Under the pieces are notes generated by a model that was not told the origin of the DNA, searched no databases, and worked only from the letters and a program-made list of their open reading frames with translations. Position numbers and translations under genes: made by a program. Below, piece after piece: positions 29,558 to 37,835 of a stretch of DNA of 64,000 nucleotides (its first letter is position 1; every line of letters begins with the position of its first letter). The stretch comes from Chthoniobacterales bacterium (GTDB lineage: Bacteria; Verrucomicrobiota; Verrucomicrobiia; Chthoniobacterales; Chthoniobacteraceae): assembly GCA_038207335.1 (NCBI GenBank), contig JBBQZX010000026.1:22217-86216 (forward strand), in the 5' to 3' direction.

Positions 29558-31570
29558 ATGCCTGCCACTTCCCCCGAACGGCTCCGTGTCCTCTTGATCG
29601 AGGACGATCCGGGAGATGGTTTTCTGCTTCGCGAAATGGTGGAGCACGAGCCGCTCTCGCGCTTTCGCGTGACGCAACACGTCGAGCAACTCGCGCCCGG
29701 GATCGAGTTCTTGAAAGCTGGACTGGCGGACATCGCACTGCTCGATCTTTCGCTACCGGACAGCCGCGGGCTCGAGACTTTCCGCCGCGCGCACGACGCC
29801 GCGCCACACGTGCCGATCATCGTGCTGAGCGGGCTCGACGATGAGGAAATGGCGCTGCAGACCGTCCATCTCGGCGCGCATGAATATCTCGTGAAAGGGC
29901 GCATCGATGGCTATTTGCTGCATCGCGCGATGCGATACGCGATCGAGCGGGCGCGTGCCGAAGCGGCTCTGGCAAAGGAGCGTGAACTTTTTCGCACTCT
30001 CTTCGACAACTTGCCGGACCGCATTTATTTCAAGGACGAGAAGAGCCGATTTCTGCGGATCAACCGGGCAATGGCGGCGCTTTTCAATGTGAGCAACGTC
30101 GAGGATGTGAACGGGAAGACGGACGCGGATTTTTTTGGCGGAAACCACGCGGAGGAGGCACTGCTCGACGAGATGCAGGTGATGGCAACGGGCGATCCGA
30201 TGTTCAACAAGGTCGAGTTTGAATCCACCGCGACGGGGGCGCGCTCGTGGGTGCTCACGACGAAGCTGCCGCTGCGTGATCACGAGGGACAGGTGATTGG
30301 GACGTGCGGGATCTCACGGGAGATCACGCAGCTCAAGGAGATGGAGGAGCAGCTCGCATCCGAGCGGAATTTACTGCGGAGCTTCATCGATAACCTGCCC
30401 GACCTCGTCTATTTGAAAGACGCGCAGGGCCGGTATTTGCTGGATAATCTGGCGCATCAACGATGGCTCCAGGCGAGCGATGAGAGGGAAGTGCGAGGGC
30501 GCACGGTGTTCGATTTTTACCCGGACGAGATCGCGCGCGCTTTCCAAGAGGACGACGAGAGAATCCTGCAATCGAACGAGCCGCTGCTGAATCGCGAAGA
30601 GCGAATCATCGGACCGGATGGGAGCCAGCGATGGATGCTCACGGCGAAGGTGCCATGGCGCGGCGAGGACGGCTCCGTGCACGGACTCGTGTGCATCTCG
30701 CGCGATGTGACGGAGCAGAAGAAGGCTGAGGAAGAGCTTCGCCAGGCTTACGCGGAGCTCGCTCTCGGGCGCGAAGAAGTGCTCGCAGCGATGGAGAAGA
30801 TGCAGTCGGCACACCAGGAATTGCACGAGGTGCAGCTCCAGCTCATCGAGGCCGAGAAGATGAAATCCATCGGGCGGCTCGCAGCCGGCATCGCGCATGA
30901 GGTGAAAAATCCGCTCGCGGTGCTCGGCATGGGTGTCGAATTCCTCGACTGTCAGACTTTCGCGGAAGATCCCTCAGTGCGCGCGACGCTCACGGACATG
31001 GCGGACGCGGTGCGCAGGGCGGATTTGGTGATTCGCGGGTTGCTCGATTTTTCCGCGCCGAAGCGGCTGGAGGTGAAGCCCGAGGATTTGAATGTCATCA
31101 TCGACCGCGCGCTCACGCTGGTGCGGGGCGAGATGAAAGGAATCGAAGTCATCCGCGAGGCGCAGCCGACTCTGCCGCCGCTGAATGTCGATTCGGGCAA
31201 GATTGGGCAGGTGTTCATCAATCTGCTCACGAATGCGATCCACGCGATGCCCGACGGCGGGACGCTCACCGTGCGCACATATTCAAAGCAGCTCACTGGC
31301 ATCGGTGCGAATATCGGACAGGGACGTGGCGACTGGTTTCGCGTCGGGGAGTCGATCGTGGTGGCGGAGATCGACGACTCCGGGCACGGCATTCCCGATG
31401 AGACCCTCACGAAAATTTTCGAGCCGTTCGTCACCACAAAGCCGACAGGCAAGGGGAGCGGGCTCGGGCTTTCTGTCGTGAAGACCATCGTCGGTCTGCA
31501 TCACGGCACGATCGATATTCGAAATCTGCCGGAGGGCGGCGTGCGCGCGACGGTGATGTTTCAGGCTTGA
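29558..31570 (+). CDS. Cytoplasmic hybrid histidine kinase (REC-PAS-PAS-HisKA-HATPase)
   Basis: LLIEDD/LLDLSLPD receiver, two PAS repeats (DNLPD.IY.KD), AHEVKNP, NLLTNA, DSGHG, GSGLGL. Confidence 0.93.
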   Translation: MPATSPERLRVLLIEDDPGDGFLLREMVEHEPLSRFRVTQHVEQLAPGIEFLKAGLADIALLDLSLPDSRGLETFRRAHDAAPHVPIIVLSGLDDEEMALQTVHLGAHEYLVKGRIDGYLLHRAMRYAIERARAEAALAKERELFRTLFDNLPDRIYFKDEKSRFLRINRAMAALFNVSNVEDVNGKTDADFFGGNHAEEALLDEMQVMATGDPMFNKVEFESTATGARSWVLTTKLPLRDHEGQVIGTCGISREITQLKEMEEQLASERNLLRSFIDNLPDLVYLKDAQGRYLLDNLAHQRWLQASDEREVRGRTVFDFYPDEIARAFQEDDERILQSNEPLLNREERIIGPDGSQRWMLTAKVPWRGEDGSVHGLVCISRDVTEQKKAEEELRQAYAELALGREEVLAAMEKMQSAHQELHEVQLQLIEAEKMKSIGRLAAGIAHEVKNPLAVLGMGVEFLDCQTFAEDPSVRATLTDMADAVRRADLVIRGLLDFSAPKRLEVKPEDLNVIIDRALTLVRGEMKGIEVIREAQPTLPPLNVDSGKIGQVFINLLTNAIHAMPDGGTLTVRTYSKQLTGIGANIGQGRGDWFRVGESIVVAEIDDSGHGIPDETLTKIFEPFVTTKPTGKGSGLGLSVVKTIVGLHHGTIDIRNLPEGGVRATVMFQA

Positions 31571-31624
31571 GCCTGAGCGAGCACGGCCCTTCCATCCTCA
31601 CCCGGCGCTCAACTCACCCTCACT

Positions 31625-31999
31625 ATGGAAAAGAAACGTGTATTTATCGTTGACGACGAATCGGGCTTCACGCGGCTCATCAAACTCACGCTCGAAAAAT
31701 CGGGCAAATATACCGTGCTTGAGGAAAACGACGGGACGAAAGCCTGGCTGGCGGCGCGGGAATTCAAGCCAGATATCATCTTTCTCGACATCGTGATGCC
31801 GAAGATCGACGGCGGCGACGTGGCGCAGCAGATCAAGTCGGACCCCGCGCTGGCGCATGTGCCGATCGTATTTCTCACCGCGATCGTTTCTGAAAAAGAG
31901 GGCGGCCACACAATCGGGGGATTTCCGTTTGTCGCAAAGCCGGTGAGCATTGCCTCAATCACGAAGTGCATCGCGGAGCAACTCGGCGAGTCGGTGTAA
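31625..31999 (+). CDS. Single-domain response regulator
   Basis: IVDDE, FLDIVMP, FLTA, AKPV. Confidence 0.93.
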   Translation: MEKKRVFIVDDESGFTRLIKLTLEKSGKYTVLEENDGTKAWLAAREFKPDIIFLDIVMPKIDGGDVAQQIKSDPALAHVPIVFLTAIVSEKEGGHTIGGFPFVAKPVSIASITKCIAEQLGESV

Positions 32000-32209
32000 G
32001 CCGGGATCGCTGATCCCATCACGGTTTGCGGGCGTTGCGCTTTCCCGGGATTCGCCGAAAATCGCATCTCTCGTGTCGCAGTCCACGTCTCGCCGGCACG
32101 CGGCACATATCAACGCCGCACCCGCGTTTCTCGCGACCCTCTCCAGCAACCTGCGGCCCGGATGTTTCTAACATTGCACGGGCCGCGCGCTTTGCTCTCG
32201 CACCCAATC

Positions 32210-33496
32210 ATGAAAACCCCAGCACTGCAGCGCGTTGTCCCCCCAGTCACCGTAGCCTTTTTCGCCATCGTCCTCGGCGGCATTTCCGCGCTCGCCGCGG
32301 AGCCTGCGCTCACATTGAAAGACAACGACGTGTGGGTCATGGCCGGCGACAGCATCACGGCGCAGCGCCAGCACACGAATTTCATCGAGGCCTACTACCA
32401 GACGCGCTACCCCGCGCTGCATCTGCATTTCCGAAACTCCGGTATCGGTGGCAACCGCACCGGAAATATCCTCCAGCGCTTCGACTACGATGTCGCCGCG
32501 TGGAAGCCGACGATCGTCAGCATCGAGCTCGGCATGAACGACGTGAACAACGGCGACGACCCCGCCGCCTACATCGCCGGTATCCGCGAACTCATCGGTA
32601 AAATCCGCGCAATCCCCGCGCAGCCGGTGCTCATTTCCTCGAGCCCTGTCGATGACGGGAGCTTGATGGACGATTGGAAATCCGACCGCTGCCGCCGCCT
32701 GCATCCTTACACCGAAGCGCTTCAAAAACTTGCTGCGGAGGAGAAAATCGTATTCGCCGATCAGTACCATCCGCTGCTGAAGGTGTGGGGCGAGAATCGA
32801 AAAGCCGGTGCGGAAGCGGCGGCGAAAGCGGCGACTGGAACTCCGGCCCCCGCGACGGTGGATGCGAAAGGCAAGCCAGTCATCCCGGCATCGCTGATTC
32901 CGCTCGGTGGGGATACGGTGCATCCTGGACCGGTCGGGCAATACACGATGGCCTCGGTGATTTTAGAGGGGCTGAAGGCGACTGGCGACGTGAGCTCCGC
33001 GGAGCTTCATGCGGATGGCAAAGTGGTCTCTTCGAAAGGGTGCAAGATCAGCGATGCGAAAGCGGCTGCGGGCAAATTGAGCTTCACGCGCCTTGATGAA
33101 ACGGGGCCGTGGCCGATCCTGCCCGCCGCGAAACCGGCGATCAAATTGCGCCCGGAAATCCTGTCGCGTTCCCACTACATGCTGCGCGTCTCGGGACTTC
33201 CCGATGGCGGCTACCGCGTGAGCATCGACGGAAAGCCGGCGGGCGTCGTCGATGCAAAAGAACTCGCGGCTGGGTGGAACATGACCACGGCATTCGACGA
33301 CCGCTCAACTGCAATTCTCGCACTGATCGGGAAGTTGCAGGGCAAACTCAACACCGATTGGCGCGATGCGAGCAAGACGAAGGACCCGGACAAACTCGCG
33401 GCCGCACAGCAGGCCATCGATGCCTGCGAGGTGGAAATCCGCACGGCGTGCCAGCCCGCGCCGCTGCATTTCGAGATCGAAAAAGAGGCTCGCTGA
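32210..33496 (+). CDS. Secreted SGNH/GDSL hydrolase
   Basis: AGDSIT, NSGIGG, LGMND, DTVHP; signal peptide. Confidence 0.88.
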   Translation: MKTPALQRVVPPVTVAFFAIVLGGISALAAEPALTLKDNDVWVMAGDSITAQRQHTNFIEAYYQTRYPALHLHFRNSGIGGNRTGNILQRFDYDVAAWKPTIVSIELGMNDVNNGDDPAAYIAGIRELIGKIRAIPAQPVLISSSPVDDGSLMDDWKSDRCRRLHPYTEALQKLAAEEKIVFADQYHPLLKVWGENRKAGAEAAAKAATGTPAPATVDAKGKPVIPASLIPLGGDTVHPGPVGQYTMASVILEGLKATGDVSSAELHADGKVVSSKGCKISDAKAAAGKLSFTRLDETGPWPILPAAKPAIKLRPEILSRSHYMLRVSGLPDGGYRVSIDGKPAGVVDAKELAAGWNMTTAFDDRSTAILALIGKLQGKLNTDWRDASKTKDPDKLAAAQQAIDACEVEIRTACQPAPLHFEIEKEAR

Positions 33497-34516
33497 CTAA
33501 TCGCGCGGAGTGACTCCGAGGCCGGGGAATGCCGATGGAGACAGGATTCCGCGGTTGAAGGCCCAGCCGCGAAATGGGTCGTCGCGAAGCAGCCACGCAC
33601 CGTCGAGATCAGCGAAATCCGTTTTCTGCGCCACTGCCGCGCCAGCCGCGATGAGGATGCTGCTTTCCAACATGCAGCCGACCATCGTCCGCAGTCCGAA
33701 TTCGCGTCCGCGCCGCGCCATCCGCACCGCGGGCGTGATTCCGCCACATTTCACGAGCTTGATATTGAAGCCGCCAAACCGCTCCGCGACGCGCTCGACA
33801 TCGGCATCCAACACGCAGCTTTCATCGGCGAAGATGGGCGGTCCGCCTGCGACTCTCGGGACGCGCGAATCGTTCTCGGGAAGGAACGGCTGCTCTATGA
33901 ACGCGACATTCAGCGCTCGCAATTCCGCCGCGAGCGCAGTCAAGTCGTGCGCGCCCCACGCGCAGTTTGCGTCGACTGCGATCACCGCGCCGCTCGCCGC
34001 GCGCACGCTTCGGATCGGTGTGAGATCGGCGGCTGCGTTTGATTTGATCTTGATCATCGGAAAGCCCCGCAGCTCGGCGATCTTCTGCTGAAGCTCTTCC
34101 GCGGTCGATAGGCCGATCGTGCAGAACGTCGGGATCGCGCGCGGATGCGCGCCCCACGCGAGTTCGCTGACGCTGATCTTCTCCCGTTGCGCGAGCAAAT
34201 CCCACAGCGCCAGGTCGATCGCGCACTGCGCCGCGCGGGACGGCGCGACGATCTCCCAAACCTCCTCCCACACGCGCGAAATATCCTCGACGGATACGAT
34301 TCGAACCTCGCTCACGAACTTCTCCGCAGCCGAGAGCGCGGCCAGCACGCTTTCCGCAGTCTCGTTGTAAAATGAGTTCGGCGACGCTTCGCCGCGTGCA
34401 ATCACGCCGTCGGATTCCAATTCGACGAAGACATTCCGTACCGCCGAACGCCGTGCCCGCGCGATCCGAAATTCCTGACGCGGATGAAGCTCTCGAATGG
34501 ACGCGCTGAATTTCAA
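33497..34516 (-). CDS. Dipeptide (L-Ala-D/L-Glu) epimerase, enolase superfamily
   Basis: KIK, VDANC, FIEQP, ADES, NIKLVKCGG, GCMLES, DLDG; TTG start. Confidence 0.9.
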   Translation of the reverse strand: MKFSASIRELHPRQEFRIARARRSAVRNVFVELESDGVIARGEASPNSFYNETAESVLAALSAAEKFVSEVRIVSVEDISRVWEEVWEIVAPSRAAQCAIDLALWDLLAQREKISVSELAWGAHPRAIPTFCTIGLSTAEELQQKIAELRGFPMIKIKSNAAADLTPIRSVRAASGAVIAVDANCAWGAHDLTALAAELRALNVAFIEQPFLPENDSRVPRVAGGPPIFADESCVLDADVERVAERFGGFNIKLVKCGGITPAVRMARRGREFGLRTMVGCMLESSILIAAGAAVAQKTDFADLDGAWLLRDDPFRGWAFNRGILSPSAFPGLGVTPRD

Positions 34517-34546
34517 GTGGGACGAGTTCCGGGAGAGGAGCGCGAG

Positions 34547-34618
34547 AGGCGGGGGGGGGAATCGAACCCCCGAATGCGGCTTTTGCAGAGCCGAGCCTTA
34601 CCACTTGGCTACCCCGCC
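34547..34618 (-). tRNA. tRNA-Cys (GCA), no encoded CCA
   Basis: GGCGGGGTAGCCAAGTGGTAAGGCTCGGCTCTGCAAAAGCCGCATTCGGGGGTTCGATTCCCCCCCCCGCCT; cloverleaf with U73 discriminator. Confidence 0.95.
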
Positions 34619-34718
34619 ATTTTTGCGAGCGGATGACGTACCCGACGTTCCCGCGCTCGTCAACGCGATTGCTGGCGCGATCCGCTTTCCCGGCCCATCT
34701 TCCCCGCTCCCCGGCCTC

Positions 34719-36437
34719 GTGAACGACTCCCACATTTCCACCCCGCGCCTCTTCCGCATACTCCTCTGGGTGCAGTGGCGCTCGTTGAAAGCACGGCTCG
34801 CCGGCATTCAGCGCGAGTCGCCGCTCATGCTCATCGTGCTAGCGTGTTTCGTCGCCGGGTATGTCGGCGTCGGCTTCTGGCTGCTGCGCTCGGGGCTCGG
34901 GCTGCTCTACCATTTCCCCATCGTCGGCAGCCTGCTTTCGCAGCGGATTCTCTTCCTCGTTTTCGCCTTCTTTTTCGTGATGCTCGTCTTCTCGAACATC
35001 GTCATCGGCTACTCGACGCTCTTCAAAAATCGCGAGACCCAGTGGCTCCTTTCGCTGCCCGTACCGCACCGAAATATCTACCGCTGGAAATTCCTCGAAG
35101 CCCTCTCCATCTCGAGCTGGGCGCTCATTTTCCTCAGCGCTCCGATGATGCTCGCGTATGGCCGCGTCCACGATGTCCCGCTCATTTTCTACGCGCAGGC
35201 TGCGCTCGTCTTCCTGCCATTCGTCACGATCCCCGCGCTGATCGGCTCGTGGATCATTCTCTTTTTCGTCCACGTCCTCGCGCGGCGCGGTGTGAAAAAA
35301 ATCGCCCTGGGCACCGGCGCGCTCGTCCTGCTGGTACTCATTTTTTCTGTGAAGCCCGCGAGCGACCTCGACGCCACGAGCGCGCAGGACGTCCTCTCGC
35401 TCGACCAGCTCCTCCGCCACACGCGCCTCAGCACGAACGCCTTCCTCCCGAGCGCTTGGATGGCCAAATCCGTCATCGCGTGGGGCGAGGGCCTCGGCAC
35501 GCAGGGCGCGTTTTATTTCCTCCTGCTGCTGAGCAATGCCCTCATGGGATTGCTCATCGGCTTCGAGATCATGGGCCGCTTCTTTTTCAAAAGCTGGACC
35601 GCCACGCTGAGCTCGCGCGCCGAGCGATTTCAGCGGCGCGCCGAGGCCATGCGCCTGCGCGGCGAACGGCGTTCGCTGCTTGAAATGGTCGCCGGCCTCC
35701 TCCGCATCTTCTCGCAGCCCACTGCCGCGCTCGTGCTGAAAGACGCCCGCCTTTTCTGGCGCGACCCCGCGCAGTGGATCCAGTTCATGATCTTCTTCGG
35801 CCTGCTCTGCATCTACGTGCTGAACCTCCGCAACGTCGCCTTCGATTTCCAAACCCCGTTTTGGGAAACCACCATCAGCTACCTGAATCTCGGCGCCTCC
35901 GCCCTCACGCTTTCCACGCTCACCACGCGCTTCGTCTATCCGCAAATCAGCCTCGAGGGCCGGCGCCTCTGGATCATCGGCCTCGCCCCGATGGGCTTGA
36001 AAAAGGTGCTCCTGCAGAAATTCTGGATGAGCTCCGGGGCCGCCATGTGCGTCACCGTGAGCCTCATGATCGCGTCGAGCGTCATGCTCCATCTGCCCGC
36101 GCTGAAGGTCGTCTTTTTCTCCGGCTCGATCGCCCTGATGAGCGTCACCCTGAGCGGCCTCGCGGTCGGCCTCGGCGCGCTCTTTCCGAACTTCAAGGAA
36201 GACAACCCCACGAAAATCGTCAGCGGATTCGGCGGCACGCTCTGCCTCGTCGTCAGCTTCATCTACATCGCGCTCTTCATCGCCCTCGCCGCCCTCCCCG
36301 ACCTCCGGCTCGTCATCAAAATCCCATTTCCGATGCCCGATTGCATCGCGATCTGCCTCGCGATCTTCCTCAGCGCCTGCGTGCTCATCCTCCCCCTCGG
36401 CGCCGCCATCCACCGCGTGCGCACGCTGGAGATTTAG
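34719..36437 (+). CDS. Putative ABC-2-type transporter permease (multi-pass membrane protein)
   Basis: Many TM helices; ETQWLLSLP, KDARLFWRDPAQW, RFVYPQISLEG; GTG start inferred because the longer ORF overlaps tRNA-Cys. Confidence 0.8.
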   Translation: MNDSHISTPRLFRILLWVQWRSLKARLAGIQRESPLMLIVLACFVAGYVGVGFWLLRSGLGLLYHFPIVGSLLSQRILFLVFAFFFVMLVFSNIVIGYSTLFKNRETQWLLSLPVPHRNIYRWKFLEALSISSWALIFLSAPMMLAYGRVHDVPLIFYAQAALVFLPFVTIPALIGSWIILFFVHVLARRGVKKIALGTGALVLLVLIFSVKPASDLDATSAQDVLSLDQLLRHTRLSTNAFLPSAWMAKSVIAWGEGLGTQGAFYFLLLLSNALMGLLIGFEIMGRFFFKSWTATLSSRAERFQRRAEAMRLRGERRSLLEMVAGLLRIFSQPTAALVLKDARLFWRDPAQWIQFMIFFGLLCIYVLNLRNVAFDFQTPFWETTISYLNLGASALTLSTLTTRFVYPQISLEGRRLWIIGLAPMGLKKVLLQKFWMSSGAAMCVTVSLMIASSVMLHLPALKVVFFSGSIALMSVTLSGLAVGLGALFPNFKEDNPTKIVSGFGGTLCLVVSFIYIALFIALAALPDLRLVIKIPFPMPDCIAICLAIFLSACVLILPLGAAIHRVRTLEI

Positions 36438-36780
36438 GGAAAGTCGGCCGCGCACGCCCTCGTGCGCGTTCGGAGTTTCGGAGGGATTTCGCGCGTGACA
36501 GGCGGTTTCGGAGGCGGGTAGGGTATTTCCGCAGAGATGCGGGAGGATTTTCAACATCGAGGTGGTCGAGCGGCTTTGCGCCCGGAGGGGTTCGCGATTT
36601 CCCCGGTTCGTTCCTGCGGGTCAGGTTGGCGATGTTTGGTCGGAATGCACCATCCTGCTCGGGAAAGATGCTGCCGTCCGAACGGATTTTGCGGTCCTGC
36701 TGGCGCGGTTTTCGCGATTATCCCGTTCACAAATGTAGGGTGATTTTGTGGGTTGAAGCGTAGGCGTCACTCGCCTGCGT

Positions 36781-36906
36781 TTACTTTGTCGGCTTCGCCT
36801 TCTGGCCGACTGGCTTGCTGACCTTCTTCGGCTTCGTCGGCTTAATCGTGAGCGCGCGGCGCATGATCTCGTCGAATCCAAGCGGTTGCGGTGTTTTTGA
36901 TTTCAA
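36781..36906 (-). CDS. Small basic peptide (41 aa) inside the IS
   Basis: TTG start; (M)KSKTPQPLGFDEIMRRALTIKPTKPKKVSKPVGQKAKPTK; followed by hairpin AGCGTAGGCG-TCACT-CGCCTGCGTT. Confidence 0.45.
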   Translation of the reverse strand: MKSKTPQPLGFDEIMRRALTIKPTKPKKVSKPVGQKAKPTK

Positions 36907-37027
36907 GAATTCAACATACCCGAAAGCTACGGCGGCTTCCACTTCAAACTGCGCTGCCCTCTCATTCCATGTGATACTGTTTTTTTTCTGCTTGCGTGCT
37001 ACTTCGGGGCAAGCTATTCGTGCTTCC

Positions 37028-37471
37028 GTGATCACTGCTGAAATTATCAAATCCGAAATTACCGAACTCGATCTGAAACTCTCCGCGATGGAGCCACTTC
37101 GGAAGCGCCGGGACGCGTTGAAGAACCTTCTGGAAACCTACGGCAACGACGAAACTCAACCTCGCTTGCTCGACGCTCCGAGCCTAGCGCCATCTGAACG
37201 CTACAAGTCGCTCGGAACGACACAAGCAATGATGGAGTTCCTGCGAGACTCGCCGGGCGCATATTTCAGCCCGCGTGACATCGGGAAGGCGATGCTGGCT
37301 GGGGGACACGAATCCAAGTCGCCGAACTTTTTCAACATCGTTTACACGATCTGCAAGCGAAAGGGTGAAGCTGGCGATTTCGAGGTTGCGGAACGCAAAG
37401 GGAAAAAAGTTTTCCGACTTCCATCTCAACCAGCCGCAACGACCTCGGCGCAACCACAGGAAGGAAGGTGA
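37028..37471 (+). CDS. IS cargo protein: N-terminal coiled coil plus putative winged helix-turn-helix
   Basis: GTG start; EITELDLKLSAMEPLRKRRDALKNLLE (heptad pattern); QAMMEFLRDSPGAYFSPRDIGKAMLAGG...IVYTICKRK...FEVAERKGKKVFRL (wHTH-like by eye). Confidence 0.6.
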   Translation: MITAEIIKSEITELDLKLSAMEPLRKRRDALKNLLETYGNDETQPRLLDAPSLAPSERYKSLGTTQAMMEFLRDSPGAYFSPRDIGKAMLAGGHESKSPNFFNIVYTICKRKGEAGDFEVAERKGKKVFRLPSQPAATTSAQPQEGR

Positions 37472-37517
37472 AACAACACGTATGAGCAACCAAGCATACG
37501 CAGAAATCTGCGAGCAC

Positions 37518-37685
37518 GGTGACGGCGACACGCCGCCGCCCCAACACCCGGCGCGATTGAGAGATCGACGCTGCGCGCCGGGAAAGAAACAGCCGATTGA
37601 CCTAAAGCAACTTTGAACGGCGCAATGGTCAATCGGCTGGAAACTCGGATCGTCGGGCGAGGGGAAACCCCGCCTTGAACCCTAA
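37518..37685 (+). ncRNA. Putative structured ncRNA/leader: four hairpins with A-rich linkers
   Basis: Stems at 37518-37540, 37547-37582 (9 bp perfect), 37590-37639 (13 bp perfect) and 37656-37674 (GAAA tetraloop). Confidence 0.55.
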
Positions 37686-37783
37686 GCAGGCGTGGCGCAA
37701 ATGGAAGACGCGGAGGACTTGGAATCCTCTGGGTGCCTCTGATCAGGAATACACCCATGCGAGTTCGACTCTCGTCGCCTGCA
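37686..37783 (+). tRNA. Atypical tRNA gene: Leu-type class II body, Pro anticodon TGG, 29-nt variable region
   Basis: Acceptor GCAGGCG/CGCCTGC plus A73; D-arm GGCGCAAATGGAAGACGC; anticodon arm GAGGA-CTTGGAA-TCCTC; T-arm GCGAG-TTCGACT-CTCGT. Confidence 0.88.
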
Positions 37784-37835
37784 ACCTCAACGTCGAATTT
37801 TAGCACTAAAAGTCAACGATGAATTGCAGCACGCT

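Noticed and set aside
34497..34718. N-terminal extension of the permease ORF
   Set aside because: Overlaps tRNA-Cys and the epimerase start on the opposite strand; GTG at 34719 is more plausible.
37482..37616. 44-aa ORF MSNQAYAEICEH... over the hairpin array
   Set aside because: No recognisable protein features and the region is better explained by RNA structure. Not fully excluded, since a purine-rich stretch lies upstream.
37603..37626. Hairpin loop as a guide for the IS target site (bridge-RNA-like targeting)
   Set aside because: Only about 5-nt matches (GCAAC, GGCGC) to the flanks, as expected by chance. The transposase is an ordinary DDE enzyme with IRs and a TSD.
37686..37783. Calling the IS tRNA an ordinary tRNA-Pro, tRNA-Sec, tmRNA or intron-containing tRNA
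   Set aside because: It lacks C1-G72 and G37 (Pro), has a 7/5 fold and no TCA anticodon (Sec), and has a complete anticodon arm (not tmRNA). The extra bases lie in the variable arm, not the anticodon loop.
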